Positions 8,263-17,222 of a stretch of 31,541 nucleotides of DNA are shown here, piece after piece. Position 1 is the stretch's first letter. The number at the start of each line of letters is the position of its first letter. This DNA comes from an uncultured delta proteobacterium (GTDB lineage Bacteria; Desulfobacterota; Syntrophia; Syntrophales; UBA2192). The notes beneath the pieces are model-generated. The model had not been told where the DNA came from. It did no database searches and worked only from the letters and a program-made list of their open reading frames with translations. A program made the position numbers and the translations under genes. The stretch covers positions 1 through 31,541 of the forward strand of contig CAVPJD010000013.1 of assembly GCA_963705165.1 (NCBI GenBank). Reading direction: 5' to 3'.

Positions 8263-8454
8263 TCATGACTGCAAGGCAGCGTTTTCCTTTTCCCGCTTTT
8301 CCTCTTCCCATTTGACCGGAATATTACAGCCGGGACAATATCCCGAGTGATATTTGGCCATCTCAGCGGCAGTACCACTGACAGGTACCCCCTTGTACGG
8401 GCATCCTGGTTTGTGGCCTGCGGTATCTTTCCATTTCGTCATTTCCATAATCAT
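8263..8454 (-). CDS. Small Cys/His protein (possible metal-binding ribbon)
   Basis: 63 aa with HKPGC and YCPGC; GAGGA upstream and TATAAT on the minus strand at 8506-8511. Confidence 0.5.
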   Translation of the reverse strand: MIMEMTKWKDTAGHKPGCPYKGVPVSGTAAEMAKYHSGYCPGCNIPVKWEEEKREKENAALQS

Positions 8455-8630
8455 CTCATTTCCTCGATGGAATTCCATCGCTTGTATCCAGATTTTCGAT
8501 ATGGGATTATACGTTAACACGTTGGTGCTCACTGAACAACATAAAAAAGGAGACGGCGGGCGATGGGCCTGCCGCATACGGGACAGGGCTCGTTTTCTTT
8601 CGTAATGCCTGCTTTCATGGCTGACGGGGG

Positions 8631-10034
8631 TTATACCCCAGTTCTCAAGGCCTGGACTACATCGGTCATCGAGGTCTCCGTCCCCACGTTTCCCGGAAAG
8701 ACGATATAGCTCATCCCCGGAAATCGCGAGCCCTCGCCCAGGCGCCAGACGGGTACACCCGGTATGATCTGCCCCATGACAACGGCCCTCTGGACGCCCA
8801 GGGCCTTTGCGGCGATATCATGGGACGTGATGCCCCCCTTGGCCAGGATGTAGCGCGGTGCAACCTTGATCCCCCGCACGATCTCGATGAGAGCGCCCGC
8901 CACGTCGGCCTGGATCCGGATGCTCTCCTCGGCCGTTGCACCCGTCACCAGGTCGCGGCTCGTGTAGATCACCGTGTCGCAATTCTGCCCGATCGAGCGG
9001 TTTGCCTCGTTCATCACCCCTTCGATCTCGCCCCGCCCGTCCCCGGAGAAAAGTCGTCCGACGCGCAGCTCGACGCCGTGAACACCGGCATGCTTCAGCA
9101 GATGGGCAAGCTGGCGCGAAGACATGGGAACGAAAGAACCCACGACGATGAGACCGCAGCCGTTTTGCGGCGAGGCGAAATCCCCCGCGCCCAGAAACGG
9201 GCGCGGCGCAAGGCCGATGAGCGCGGGAATGATGGCCGCGGCCGACCGGAAGAGAAACCGCTTTCCCTTCTCTATGGCCAGATAGACGGCCAGCGCTACG
9301 ACGTCCATATCGCTTCGCTCGCAGGCATTGACGACGCAGAAGCTGCCGTCGCGGCACCCGGTCAACTTCGCGGCAACGGCCCCCGGCCCTCCTCTGCGGA
9401 TGTCCTCAAGCGTGATGGAGCAGACATCCTCGCGGGCGACGGCATCGCCCATCTTCTCGCAGATGTACTCTTTCAGGTTCGACGAGGCAAAGCCGAAGGA
9501 GGGATCCTTTGCATAGGGGGTCTTGGCTGCCGGGACCAGCACGTCGCCCTCCTTCACGTAGTGGATATCATCGATCGTGAACCGCCCCCCCTCGAAAAAA
9601 GCGGGGATGCAGAGCTTCACCGCATTCTGCCACCCGAATTCGGCGGTGAGCGTCTCGATATCGGCCCGGAAGTGTCCGCGCAGGGTCGAGTCGCTGCGGC
9701 TGATGACCATGAAACGGCGACCCGCCTGAGAGGCTGCATTTATGACATTGCGGTCCACCTCGCGGTTGAGCTCGATTGCCTCCCGCGCGGGCAGGCTTCT
9801 GGAATTGGTGAGGATGAAGAAGCAGGGGCTGCGCTCGAACTCGTCCCTCAGGGCCTCGACGGGCCAGGCCGTGAGGATCGGGATGTCATGGACCGTCTGG
9901 CAGCCCGTCGGGTCGTCGTCCATCACGATGAGCGTCGAGTTCGCCCTGGCGAATGCCTCCCTGATTGCGGGAAGGAGGTTTTCCTTCCAGGGCGGGGGAA
10001 GCTTATCGATTGTTTCGCGGTAGGGCAGTCTCAT
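8631..10034 (-). CDS. Four-carbon acid sugar kinase family protein (DUF1537/YgbK-like)
   Basis: IVMDDDPTGCQTVH, LTNSRSL, SRSDSTLRGHF, AKGGITSHDI, VFPGNVG. Confidence 0.92.
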   Translation of the reverse strand: MRLPYRETIDKLPPPWKENLLPAIREAFARANSTLIVMDDDPTGCQTVHDIPILTAWPVEALRDEFERSPCFFILTNSRSLPAREAIELNREVDRNVINAASQAGRRFMVISRSDSTLRGHFRADIETLTAEFGWQNAVKLCIPAFFEGGRFTIDDIHYVKEGDVLVPAAKTPYAKDPSFGFASSNLKEYICEKMGDAVAREDVCSITLEDIRRGGPGAVAAKLTGCRDGSFCVVNACERSDMDVVALAVYLAIEKGKRFLFRSAAAIIPALIGLAPRPFLGAGDFASPQNGCGLIVVGSFVPMSSRQLAHLLKHAGVHGVELRVGRLFSGDGRGEIEGVMNEANRSIGQNCDTVIYTSRDLVTGATAEESIRIQADVAGALIEIVRGIKVAPRYILAKGGITSHDIAAKALGVQRAVVMGQIIPGVPVWRLGEGSRFPGMSYIVFPGNVGTETSMTDVVQALRTGV

Positions 10035-10119
10035 GATTGAAAGCCACGGTCATTACCGATTGCGATTCGAATATGAGTTTGAGCTTGGTATCGTGGCTAC
10101 TCTCCTAATACAAAATGGA

Positions 10120-10218
10120 GTCGAAATTGCGAGGAGCGGAAGCGACAAAGCAATCTTCGATTATAGGATTCTGAATCGTTGATTGCCACGCCTCGCGGGG
10201 CTCCGGCTCGTAAATGAC
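10120..10218. repeat. Degenerate REP-like doublet
   Basis: ATTGCGAGGAGCGGAAGCGACAAAGCAATC...GATTGCCACGCC...GGCTCGTAAATGAC; intergenic with inverted arms. Confidence 0.55.
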
Positions 10219-10267
10219 CTATTGGATTATCGTGTTTCTTAACCGAAAGTCTGCGGCTTGGGCCTCG

Positions 10268-10900
10268 TTAATCCTCTATCGCAATGACCCTTGCCGGCGC
10301 CCCGTCGCCGCCTTCGATCTTGAGCGGCAGGGCGATGACCTTCACCTTCGGTTTCCGGATCTCTTCCAGGTTGCAGAGGCCCTCCACGAGGACAATGTCG
10401 CCGCCCAACAGGATCCGGTGGACGGCCTGCAGTTCCTCCCGGTCCGTCAGGATGGCCACCGACGGCGGTTCGACGCCGATGAGCCTGACCTTCTTCTCGA
10501 CGCACCACCGGGCCAGCTCCCGGCCGATCCAGGGCAGCGCCGTCCGGTAGTTCTCGGCGTCGATGAACCGGTGCCAGCCTGTCCGGAAGAGAAGGCCCTC
10601 GCCTGCGGTCAATTTGTCTTTCACGTCCTTCAGGTGCTCGATCCCGATCATCATGCTGTCCGTGACGGCAGGCGCGTCGATCACCCAGGCATCGGCGAAG
10701 AAGTGCTCCGGGGGGATCCGGTCGATGGTCGTGTCATTGACTCCGAAGTGAAGCGGCGCGTCCATGTGGGTGCCCGCGTGGGAATAGAGGTGGAGCATCC
10801 GGGCGTTCCAGCCGTCTTTCTCGAGCACCTTGAAGGCCTCGAAGGTGACACCTCGCATCCCGTCTTTCATGGAAACGGTCAGGTCGATGATTCGGGACAT
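10268..10900 (-). CDS. Cyclase family metal-dependent hydrolase (kynurenine formamidase-like)
   Basis: HAGTHMDAPLH motif, LLFRTGW, ALPLKIEGGDGAPARVIA. Confidence 0.92.
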   Translation of the reverse strand: MSRIIDLTVSMKDGMRGVTFEAFKVLEKDGWNARMLHLYSHAGTHMDAPLHFGVNDTTIDRIPPEHFFADAWVIDAPAVTDSMMIGIEHLKDVKDKLTAGEGLLFRTGWHRFIDAENYRTALPWIGRELARWCVEKKVRLIGVEPPSVAILTDREELQAVHRILLGGDIVLVEGLCNLEEIRKPKVKVIALPLKIEGGDGAPARVIAIED

Positions 10901-10965
10901 GGTTGCTCCTGAGAGAGTCAAAAATCGACAGGGGAAAAGCTCTCTGCTGCAAAAGGAAGGGAGCG

Positions 10966-11048
10966 TTCACCCTCACCCCGACCTCGTTCGTGGTTCGACA
11001 AGCTCACCATGACCTCTCACGACACCGCTCTCCCCTCAAGGGAGAGGG
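10966..11048. repeat. REP-like CCCTCACCCC...AAGGGAGAGGG repeat with an internal TTCGACAAGCTCACCATGAC unit
   Basis: Shares exact words with 8147-8222; the internal segment differs. Confidence 0.7.
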
Positions 11049-11092
11049 AGACTGCAGGGTGTATGTCCCCGAAAAAAACAAGAACATGGTCT

Positions 11093-12148
11093 CTATACGA
11101 TGTCGAGGTTTTCGGCCACGCGCCGGGCGATCTCGCCGGTTGTCGCCTTCCCGCCCAGATCGGCGGGCAGCGCCCCCTCGGCTGTTGCCTTGTCCATGGC
11201 CTTCACGATCTGCCGCGCCGCCTGCAACTCACCCAGGTGCTCGAGCATCAGGGCCCCCGACCAGATCGTGCCGAAGGGGTTGGCGATCCCCCTGCCTGCA
11301 ATGTCGGGCGCCGAGCCGTGAATGGGCTCGAACATCGAGGGATAATCCCTCTCGGGATTGATGTTGCCGCTTCCGGCCAGCCCCAGGCTCCCCATCAGCG
11401 CACCGCCCAGATCGCTCAGGATGTCGCCGAAGAGGTTTGTCGTCAGCACCACGTCGAAGATCTCGGGGCGCAGGACAAAGCTTGCCGCCGCGTTGTCGAT
11501 GTACATCTGCTGGTGCTCCACATCGGGGTATTGCGCCGCCACCTCGCGGATAACGCGGTCCCAGTAGGTGAGGCTGTGGATGAGCGTGTTGGACTTCGTG
11601 ATGTGGTGGACCCGTTTGCGGCGCTTTCGCGCCAGTTGGAACGCGTAGTGGGCGATCCGCTCGATGCCCCTGCGGGTGAAGATGCTCGTGTCGATGGCAA
11701 GCCCCCCGGCCTCATCGGGCTGGATCTGCTTTCCCGCCTGTACGAATTCGCCCTCCACGTTCTCGCGGATCACGACGAAGTCGATGGGCTTGTCCGTCCG
11801 CAGGGGGCGCGCAACGCCGGGCCAGGTCCGCACGGGACGGTAGTTCACGTATTGCATGAACCCGGTGCGCACCTTGAAGGTGAAGTCCTTTGCCGGCAGC
11901 GTGTCGTCCACATCGGGCAGGCCCACGGCCCCGAAATAGACGGCGTCGAATCTGCGCAGGATGTCCAGCCCGTCTTTCGGCATGAAATGGCCATGCTTCT
12001 TGTAGTAGCCGGCACCCCATTCGAAAGTTGTTGTCTCGATGGAAAATCCAAAATGATCGGCCGCCCTGCCCAGCACGAGCAGACCCGCAGGGATGACCTC
12101 GGGACCCACCCCGTCACCGGGAACGGCGGCGATTCTGTATGTTTTCAT
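11093..12148 (-). CDS. Tartrate/D-malate dehydrogenase-like beta-decarboxylating dehydrogenase (IDH/IPMDH family)
   Basis: IAAVPGDGVGPEV, IRENVEGEF, TKSN, NLFGDILSDL, SMFEPIHGSAPDIAGRGIANP. Confidence 0.9.
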   Translation of the reverse strand: MKTYRIAAVPGDGVGPEVIPAGLLVLGRAADHFGFSIETTTFEWGAGYYKKHGHFMPKDGLDILRRFDAVYFGAVGLPDVDDTLPAKDFTFKVRTGFMQYVNYRPVRTWPGVARPLRTDKPIDFVVIRENVEGEFVQAGKQIQPDEAGGLAIDTSIFTRRGIERIAHYAFQLARKRRKRVHHITKSNTLIHSLTYWDRVIREVAAQYPDVEHQQMYIDNAAASFVLRPEIFDVVLTTNLFGDILSDLGGALMGSLGLAGSGNINPERDYPSMFEPIHGSAPDIAGRGIANPFGTIWSGALMLEHLGELQAARQIVKAMDKATAEGALPADLGGKATTGEIARRVAENLDIV

Positions 12149-12154
12149 GGTTCC

Positions 12155-13051
12155 TCACTTCGGGAGATTATGCCAGCGGGTCTTGCCCGTCAGCCAGTTC
12201 GGGATGCCGATCCTGTCTTTTTCGGCGTGGTAGTAGTAGGCACTCCCGCGGAAGGGGTCGAAGACCTGCACGAGGGGAAATTCGATGACGTTTGTGTTCT
12301 GAAGCGCGATGCCGTTGAGCACGGCGGTGTTCTTCACGATCTCCCAGCAGGCGGCGGCGTTGACCATGGAGACGAAGATCTTGCAGTTGCGCGGGGGGAT
12401 CTCGCCGCGCTGGACCTTCTGGAGTGTCTCCGGGTAGAGTCTCTCGGCGCGCCCGGGGAACATGTAGATCCGCATGAACTTTGGCAGGATGGCCTTGTAG
12501 TCGATCTCGAGGGCATCGGTGCCCTCCGTCCCGAAGCTGCCCACGCTCTCCAGCGAGACGCGACCCGTGTGGGTAAGGGTGCTGACGGCCCAGCAGTTCG
12601 ACGTGCCGGGGCCCACGACCATGCGCTTTCGAAGGCGGTGGCAGACCCGCGGGATCAGGAAATTGGCCTCGATGTCCGTCATCCCCAGGGCCACGATGTC
12701 CACGCCCGCGATGACCTCCGCAAGCCAGGCCTCGTCGTTTTTCGTGACCCTGCGGCAGTGGACGGTCACGTCGCAGTCGGGGTTGAGTCTCTGCAGGTAT
12801 TCTTTCCAGGCCTCGGGTTTCGTCTTCCCGACGGAATCCGGCATGAAGGGCAGGCGGTTGAGGTTGGTGGCCTCGACGACGTCGAAGTCGATGACGACGA
12901 AGCGCTGGAAGCCCGTCCGGACCAGAAAGTCGAGGACGGCGCCGTTTCCCCCGGCCCCTGCCACGAGGATACGTGTCCGTCCGATCGCTTCGGTGAGCTC
13001 ATCGGTGAAATTGACGATTCCCTTCTGCCGGTCGACGAGTTCTTTCCACAT
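12155..13051 (-). CDS. Stand-alone ThiF/E1-like adenylyltransferase
   Basis: ILVAGAGGNG, IDFDVVEATNLNR, GKTK; no C-terminal CxxC pairs or rhodanese domain. Confidence 0.9.
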   Translation of the reverse strand: MWKELVDRQKGIVNFTDELTEAIGRTRILVAGAGGNGAVLDFLVRTGFQRFVVIDFDVVEATNLNRLPFMPDSVGKTKPEAWKEYLQRLNPDCDVTVHCRRVTKNDEAWLAEVIAGVDIVALGMTDIEANFLIPRVCHRLRKRMVVGPGTSNCWAVSTLTHTGRVSLESVGSFGTEGTDALEIDYKAILPKFMRIYMFPGRAERLYPETLQKVQRGEIPPRNCKIFVSMVNAAACWEIVKNTAVLNGIALQNTNVIEFPLVQVFDPFRGSAYYYHAEKDRIGIPNWLTGKTRWHNLPK

Positions 13052-13097
13052 GATTCCGCATCCCCTGTGGGATCCCAACTCCCCTTTCCCTTATTTT

Positions 13098-13129
13098 CGC
13101 TCTTCCTCGCTTCCGATCTTCCGCTCTTC
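13098..13129. repeat. Dispersed 8-nt-period repeat (CTTCC-NNN)
   Basis: CGCTCTTCCTCGCTTCCGATCTTCCGCTCTTC is identical to 19264-19295 and has 3 mismatches to 22253-22284. Confidence 0.8.
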
Positions 13130-13192
13130 ACGGACAATCACCGGAAGGCGTTCGTCCTGTTTCCCCCCCCCCCCCGCAAAAAGGTCTCGCAA

Positions 13193-14011
13193 TCAACTCG
13201 TTGCCGCACCGGCCAGCCGGTACTCCTCCTCGAGGATGGCGATCACGTCATGCCCGGCCTTGGCCAGGATGTTCGTCTTTTTCGCCCCGAAATAATACAG
13301 ATCCTCCGTCGTCATCGGTGAGTGGCTGCGTAGCAACCAATCGACGATGGCCGGCTCGTCTTCGTTCTGAAAAAACCAGCGGTAGAGGTTCCGCCTGCCC
13401 TTTGCCCCGGCATAACGCTCCCGGTAGCGCTCCTTCATCGTCTCGAGATTGAGGCGTGCGTAGGAGACCTGCTGGCCCGTCTTCGGGCTCAGGCGGGGCG
13501 CCTCGGACACCTCGTCAAAGAGCAGGAAGCGCGAGTAGAAGTCCCTGTGGTGGGCCATGACAGAGGCGACGATGTCGGTGCGCTCGAGCAGATGGAGCTG
13601 CCAGGTGGCCAGCCGGTAGAGGTGCATGGCCAGCTCGGGGGGGATGCCCCCGGGCTCCTCCGTCACGACAAGCGAGGAGATTTCGCTGAGACGACGCCCG
13701 GCCTTCCGGAGATCGGCCAGCGGCTCCGGGAAGATTCGGTCCGTCGGGAGCCCCAGACGCGAGTCGGGGATCACCGTCACCGAACCCGCGAGCATTCCTT
13801 CCTTCTCGGCCAGAAAAATCATCGTACCGGGGTGCAGGTGGTGGATCGTGCACCACAGGCCGCTGTCTCGCCCGTAGCGCAGCTCGTATCCTTCCCGGAT
13901 GTAGACATCGTAGACAAGCCGGAAGGCCTTCTCCCGAAGCTCCCTCGTGTTGGCAACGAGGATGCGCCATTGATTTTCCGCCCCGTACCGGTATTCAAAA
14001 TTGTTGTTCAA
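13193..14011 (-). CDS. N-acyl amino acid synthase (FeeM-like GNAT) family protein
   Basis: VANTRELREKAFRLVYDVYIREGY, GSVTVIPDSRLGLPTDRIF, RRLSEISSL, HRDFYSRFLLF. TTG start chosen after RBS AGGAG. Confidence 0.8.
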   Translation of the reverse strand: MNNNFEYRYGAENQWRILVANTRELREKAFRLVYDVYIREGYELRYGRDSGLWCTIHHLHPGTMIFLAEKEGMLAGSVTVIPDSRLGLPTDRIFPEPLADLRKAGRRLSEISSLVVTEEPGGIPPELAMHLYRLATWQLHLLERTDIVASVMAHHRDFYSRFLLFDEVSEAPRLSPKTGQQVSYARLNLETMKERYRERYAGAKGRRNLYRWFFQNEDEPAIVDWLLRSHSPMTTEDLYYFGAKKTNILAKAGHDVIAILEEEYRLAGAATS

Positions 14012-14041
14012 ATGTTCTCTCCTGATTTCACAATGGCCCCT

Positions 14042-14069
14042 AGGGTATGGCAAAGGCCACCCCTGTCAA
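14042..14069 (-). promoter_or_regulatory. Possible sigma70 promoter of the acyltransferase operon
   Basis: TTGACA-16 nt-TACCCT on the minus strand. Confidence 0.45.
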
Positions 14070-14172
14070 TACCGTGTTGCCTGTTTTCGCTCTTTCAAGA
14101 GTATGAAAGAATGCGATTTTCATGTAGGATGAGGTGAATTTTTAGCGAATTCTCTCTCGAAAGGAGACAGGC

Positions 14173-14831
14173 ATGGAACTGGAAGCCGCCATACGGGGAA
14201 GACGAAGCATCCGGAAGTTCAGACCCGACGCGATCCCGAGGAAGCTCCTCGAGGAGCTCCTCGAAACCGCCCGCTGGGCCCCTCCTGGGGAAACACCCAG
14301 CCCTGGGAGATCTACGTGATCATGGGGATCCCTGGAGGCCTTCCGCAAGGCCAAATGTGCAAGCTGGCCGCCGCGGAGCCGCTGCGCAACGATGTCCCCA
14401 TGCCCGAGAAATGGCCGGAGCAGATGAAAGCGCGGTACATGGAGGTCGGCAAGTCGGTCGTTACATCCCTGGGGCTCAGGCGGGAGGACAAGGAGGGACG
14501 TAACCTGCATCAACTGAACATGGCCGCCCTCTTCGGCGCACCCTGCCTCATCATCGCCGCCGTCCCGACAGACGTCCTCGTCGAGTATGCCATGCTGGAT
14601 GTAGGCCTGCTCATCCAGACGATTGCACTCACGGCCCACGACAGGGGACTGGGACCTGCATCATGGCAAGTTCCGTCCATTACGCCGATCTGCTGCGAAG
14701 GCACGGGAATCCCGGTAGACAGGCGGATCATCATGGGGGCCGTCATCGGGTACCCGGAGCGTGAAGCCCCCATCAATCAGTTCGACCGTCAAAGGGCCGG
14801 AATGGACGCCTTCGTAAAGTGGGTCGGATAA
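14173..14831 (+). CDS. Nitroreductase family flavoprotein, several frameshifts (~14280, ~14330-14355, possibly more)
   Basis: RBS AAGGAG; MELEAAIRGRRSIRKFRPDAIPRKLLEELLETARWAP / SWGNTQPWEIYVI / ...LFGAPCLII...LDVGLLIQTIALTAHDRGLG...IGYP. Confidence 0.88.
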
Positions 14832-14844
14832 GGGACAGGAATAC

Positions 14845-15744
14845 GTGACTGAGCAGCGCCTCTCCCGGTCCGGCTATCTCTTCGCCGCCCTTGCGGCCCT
14901 CTGCTGGGCCTCTTCCGGCACGGCGGCCAAGTTCCTGTTTTTCAACGGCATCACCGCATTCGAACTGGTGCAACTGCGAACAACGATCGCCACGGTCATC
15001 GTTTTCTGTTGGATTCTTTTTCACAACCGCCCCCTGCTCGTGATCGGAACCGGGCGACATTGCCTATTTCGTCACCCTCGGCGTCGTTCTCGCGGCGGTT
15101 CAGTTCACCTATCTTTTCGCCATCAGCAAGATCCAGGTGGCTGCCGCCATCCTGATCCAGTACCAGGCGCCCATCTTCGTCGCCCTCTACACGCTGTTCT
15201 TCCTCGGCACAAAGCTTCCGCCTATTGTATTTGCCGCCATGGCCGGCTCCCTTTTCGGCTGCTACCTCGTCGTGGGGGGCTACAGCATGGATTTGCTGGA
15301 CATGAACCGCGCAGGCGTGCTCTCGGCGCTCGCCTCGGCCGTCACCTTTGCATGGTACACCGTGCGATGCGAGTACGGGATGAAGCGATACCCTCCCTGG
15401 ACGGTCGTCTTCTACGGGCTTCTGTTTGCCGCCGTGACCTGGAACATCTTTCACCCGCCCCTGAGCGCGTTTCTTCGCCCCTCGGGCTTCGCGCAGTGGG
15501 GATGGGTCCTCTTCATCGCCTTCTTCGGCACAGTGCTGGCGTTCATCTGCTACACCGAGGGCATTAACAGGATCGGCGCCGCGCGGGCCAGCATCACGGC
15601 CACACTGGAGCCGATCACGGCGGGGTTCATCGCCTGGCTCCTCCTGGGGAGACAATGGAGCTGTGGCAGATCCTGGGCGCCGTCCTCGTCATCGCCTCCG
15701 TCATCGGGATGCAGGCAAGCAGAACGCCGGGAAAAAACAGCTGA
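14845..15744 (+). CDS. EamA/DMT family transporter, frameshifts at ~15050 and ~15648
   Basis: GYLFAALAALCWASSGTAAKFLF, AAAILIQYQAPIFVALY, GAARASITATLEPITAGFIAW; 13 nt after the nitroreductase stop. Confidence 0.88.
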
Positions 15745-16088
15745 GAGCCCCCTTGACTTTTTTCCGGCTGGCCCCATCTTTATAATAAGAACACTTCATG
15801 GATTCATCCTTACCGGGCAGCGCACCAGGCGGCTGATCACATCCCGACGAGACCCTGAAGAGGCTTCGCCCGGAGATAGGGCGAAAAGCAACCCGTCAAG
15901 CTTCCTCGAAAATCATTAACCCGGTATCTCGTCTCATCGTTTAGCGGATGTTTAACCATTCAACAGGATTCACCCGGTTGCCTGCCCGGCGATGTCCTCG
16001 CCCGGTTCTAGGCGGAACGGCAACAGAGTGACGTTTAATTCCTGAAAGCGGCAAGCACAAACCTTTAACCCTGAAAAGGAGGGTCGCC

Positions 16089-16565
16089 ATGTCACTATTT
16101 GGAATCCAGGTCTCCATAATGGTGCACGTCCTGTTCGGCGTGCTGGGGATCATCCTGGCGGTGGCACTTCTCGTGTATGTCCTGAATGCGGAGCGAGAAG
16201 AACATCCACAGGATCCGCAGCCTGAGCCTTACACGGCTCTGTCCATGATCCTGTCCTACGTCATCGGCGGCTGGTGGTACGTCATCCATTATCCTGCCGA
16301 AAGAGCCATCATCCGGGCGGGGCAGTGGTCCTGGGCGCATACGTTTTTCATGGAGTGGAAGGAGCACGTGTTCTTCGCACTGCTTTTCCTGAGCATCCTT
16401 CTGCCGATCATCGCCTACCGCAACGACCTCATGGTGCCTGAAAACCGCAAACTGCTTCTCGTTGCCACGCTGCTGGTCGTTCTCATCGGACTCGCCGTGG
16501 ACGGTTCGGGAGCCATCATCAGCAGGGGCGTCATCGTGGGATACATGGGGAGGGTTGCGCCATGA
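16089..16565 (+). CDS. Hypothetical multi-pass membrane protein (His-containing)
   Basis: RBS AAGGAGG; about 4 hydrophobic segments; VHVLFG, WAHTFFMEWKEH. Confidence 0.75.
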   Translation: MSLFGIQVSIMVHVLFGVLGIILAVALLVYVLNAEREEHPQDPQPEPYTALSMILSYVIGGWWYVIHYPAERAIIRAGQWSWAHTFFMEWKEHVFFALLFLSILLPIIAYRNDLMVPENRKLLLVATLLVVLIGLAVDGSGAIISRGVIVGYMGRVAP

Positions 16566-16873
16566 CAAACACAACACTGGACAAAACGACGATCGGGTTC
16601 GGCCTCTCCACGGCCGTCATGAGCATCCTCAGCGCGCTGCTGGTCATCTTCAAGGAAATGACGCCGCCTTTCAAGAAAGCGATGGCGGACACGATGGGGC
16701 ACCACTGGACGACCCACGGGGTGGTCGTCCTGGGGCTTTTCATCGTGCTGGGGTTCGTGTTCGCAAGCGCGGTCAAGCCGGGGTATTGGAACGCCGGCAA
16801 GCTGGGCAGTACGATCTTATGGTCGGTGATCGTCAGCAGTATCGCCATCGCGGCGTTCTACATTCTGCACTGA
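16562..16873 (+). CDS. Hypothetical three-helix membrane protein
   Basis: ATGA overlap with the upstream gene; MGHHWTTHG; C-terminal His. Confidence 0.75.
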   Translation: MTNTTLDKTTIGFGLSTAVMSILSALLVIFKEMTPPFKKAMADTMGHHWTTHGVVVLGLFIVLGFVFASAVKPGYWNAGKLGSTILWSVIVSSIAIAAFYILH

Positions 16874-16903
16874 TTGTGTGACAGGCTGAAAGAGCCCTCG
16901 CGA

Positions 16904-17052
16904 GTGAACTACCCGGCAGCAAGCCACGGGGTATCAAACAAGGATGTCATGCCCGTGAAAACGGGCATCCAGAAATCCATCCTGGATTCCCTCTTTTGAG
17001 GGAATGACAGGTTCGATGCGAGCTTCGGGGAATTGTACCCGCAGTGACTAAA
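16904..17052. repeat. Composite non-coding element: hairpin ends reminiscent of IS200/IS605 ends enclosing a REP-like doublet
   Basis: TACCCGGCAGCAAGCCACGGGGTA hairpin; internal GTCATGCCCGTGAAAACGGGCATCCAG...CTGGATTCCCTCTTTTGAGGGAATGAC (16946-17008), same type as 6973-7033. Confidence 0.6.
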
Positions 17053-17055
17053 ATT

Positions 17056-17121
17056 AAAATAAAGACAGGACGCCCCTCCATTCCAGCTTGAACAGCAGGG
17101 GGCGGTCTGTCTTTATTTTTT
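17056..17121. terminator. Long bidirectional terminator-like hairpin
   Basis: AAAATAAAGACAG.ACGCCCCT...GGGGGCG.TCTGTCTTTATTTT. Confidence 0.65.
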
Positions 17122-17222
17122 TGTCATCCCCATCGCTTTCTGCTAAGGTTTTCCACGACGATACCTCGACGGGCTGATGCACAACAGGTCAGTTCTTTAC
17201 ACCCCCATCCAAGGAGCTCACC

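Noticed and set aside
8891..8902. GAGCGCCCGCCA match to the tRNA-end copy at 8061
   Set aside because: Lies inside the kinase CDS and lacks ATAA and a terminator; chance match
12155..13051. ThiF as part of a RiPP (microcin C-like) or ubiquitin-like defence system
   Set aside because: No precursor peptide, E2, JAB or ubiquitin-like gene is visible; the adjacent N-acyltransferase offers a better explanation
11009..13321. 770-aa plus-strand ORF, and similar long ORFs (2962-4278, 8820-10040, 17999-19162, 25556-27409)
   Set aside because: Antisense shadows of well-supported genes in GC-rich DNA, with no recognisable motifs
15753..15786. Consensus-looking promoter TTGACT...TATAAT
   Set aside because: Spacer is 22 nt, too long for sigma70
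15790..16010. Partial resemblance to c-di-AMP (AACCCGTCAAGCT) or glmS (AGCGC...GACGAG) RNAs
   Set aside because: Other conserved elements are missing; the segment reads more like a small multiply frameshifted ORF, which I also cannot support firmly
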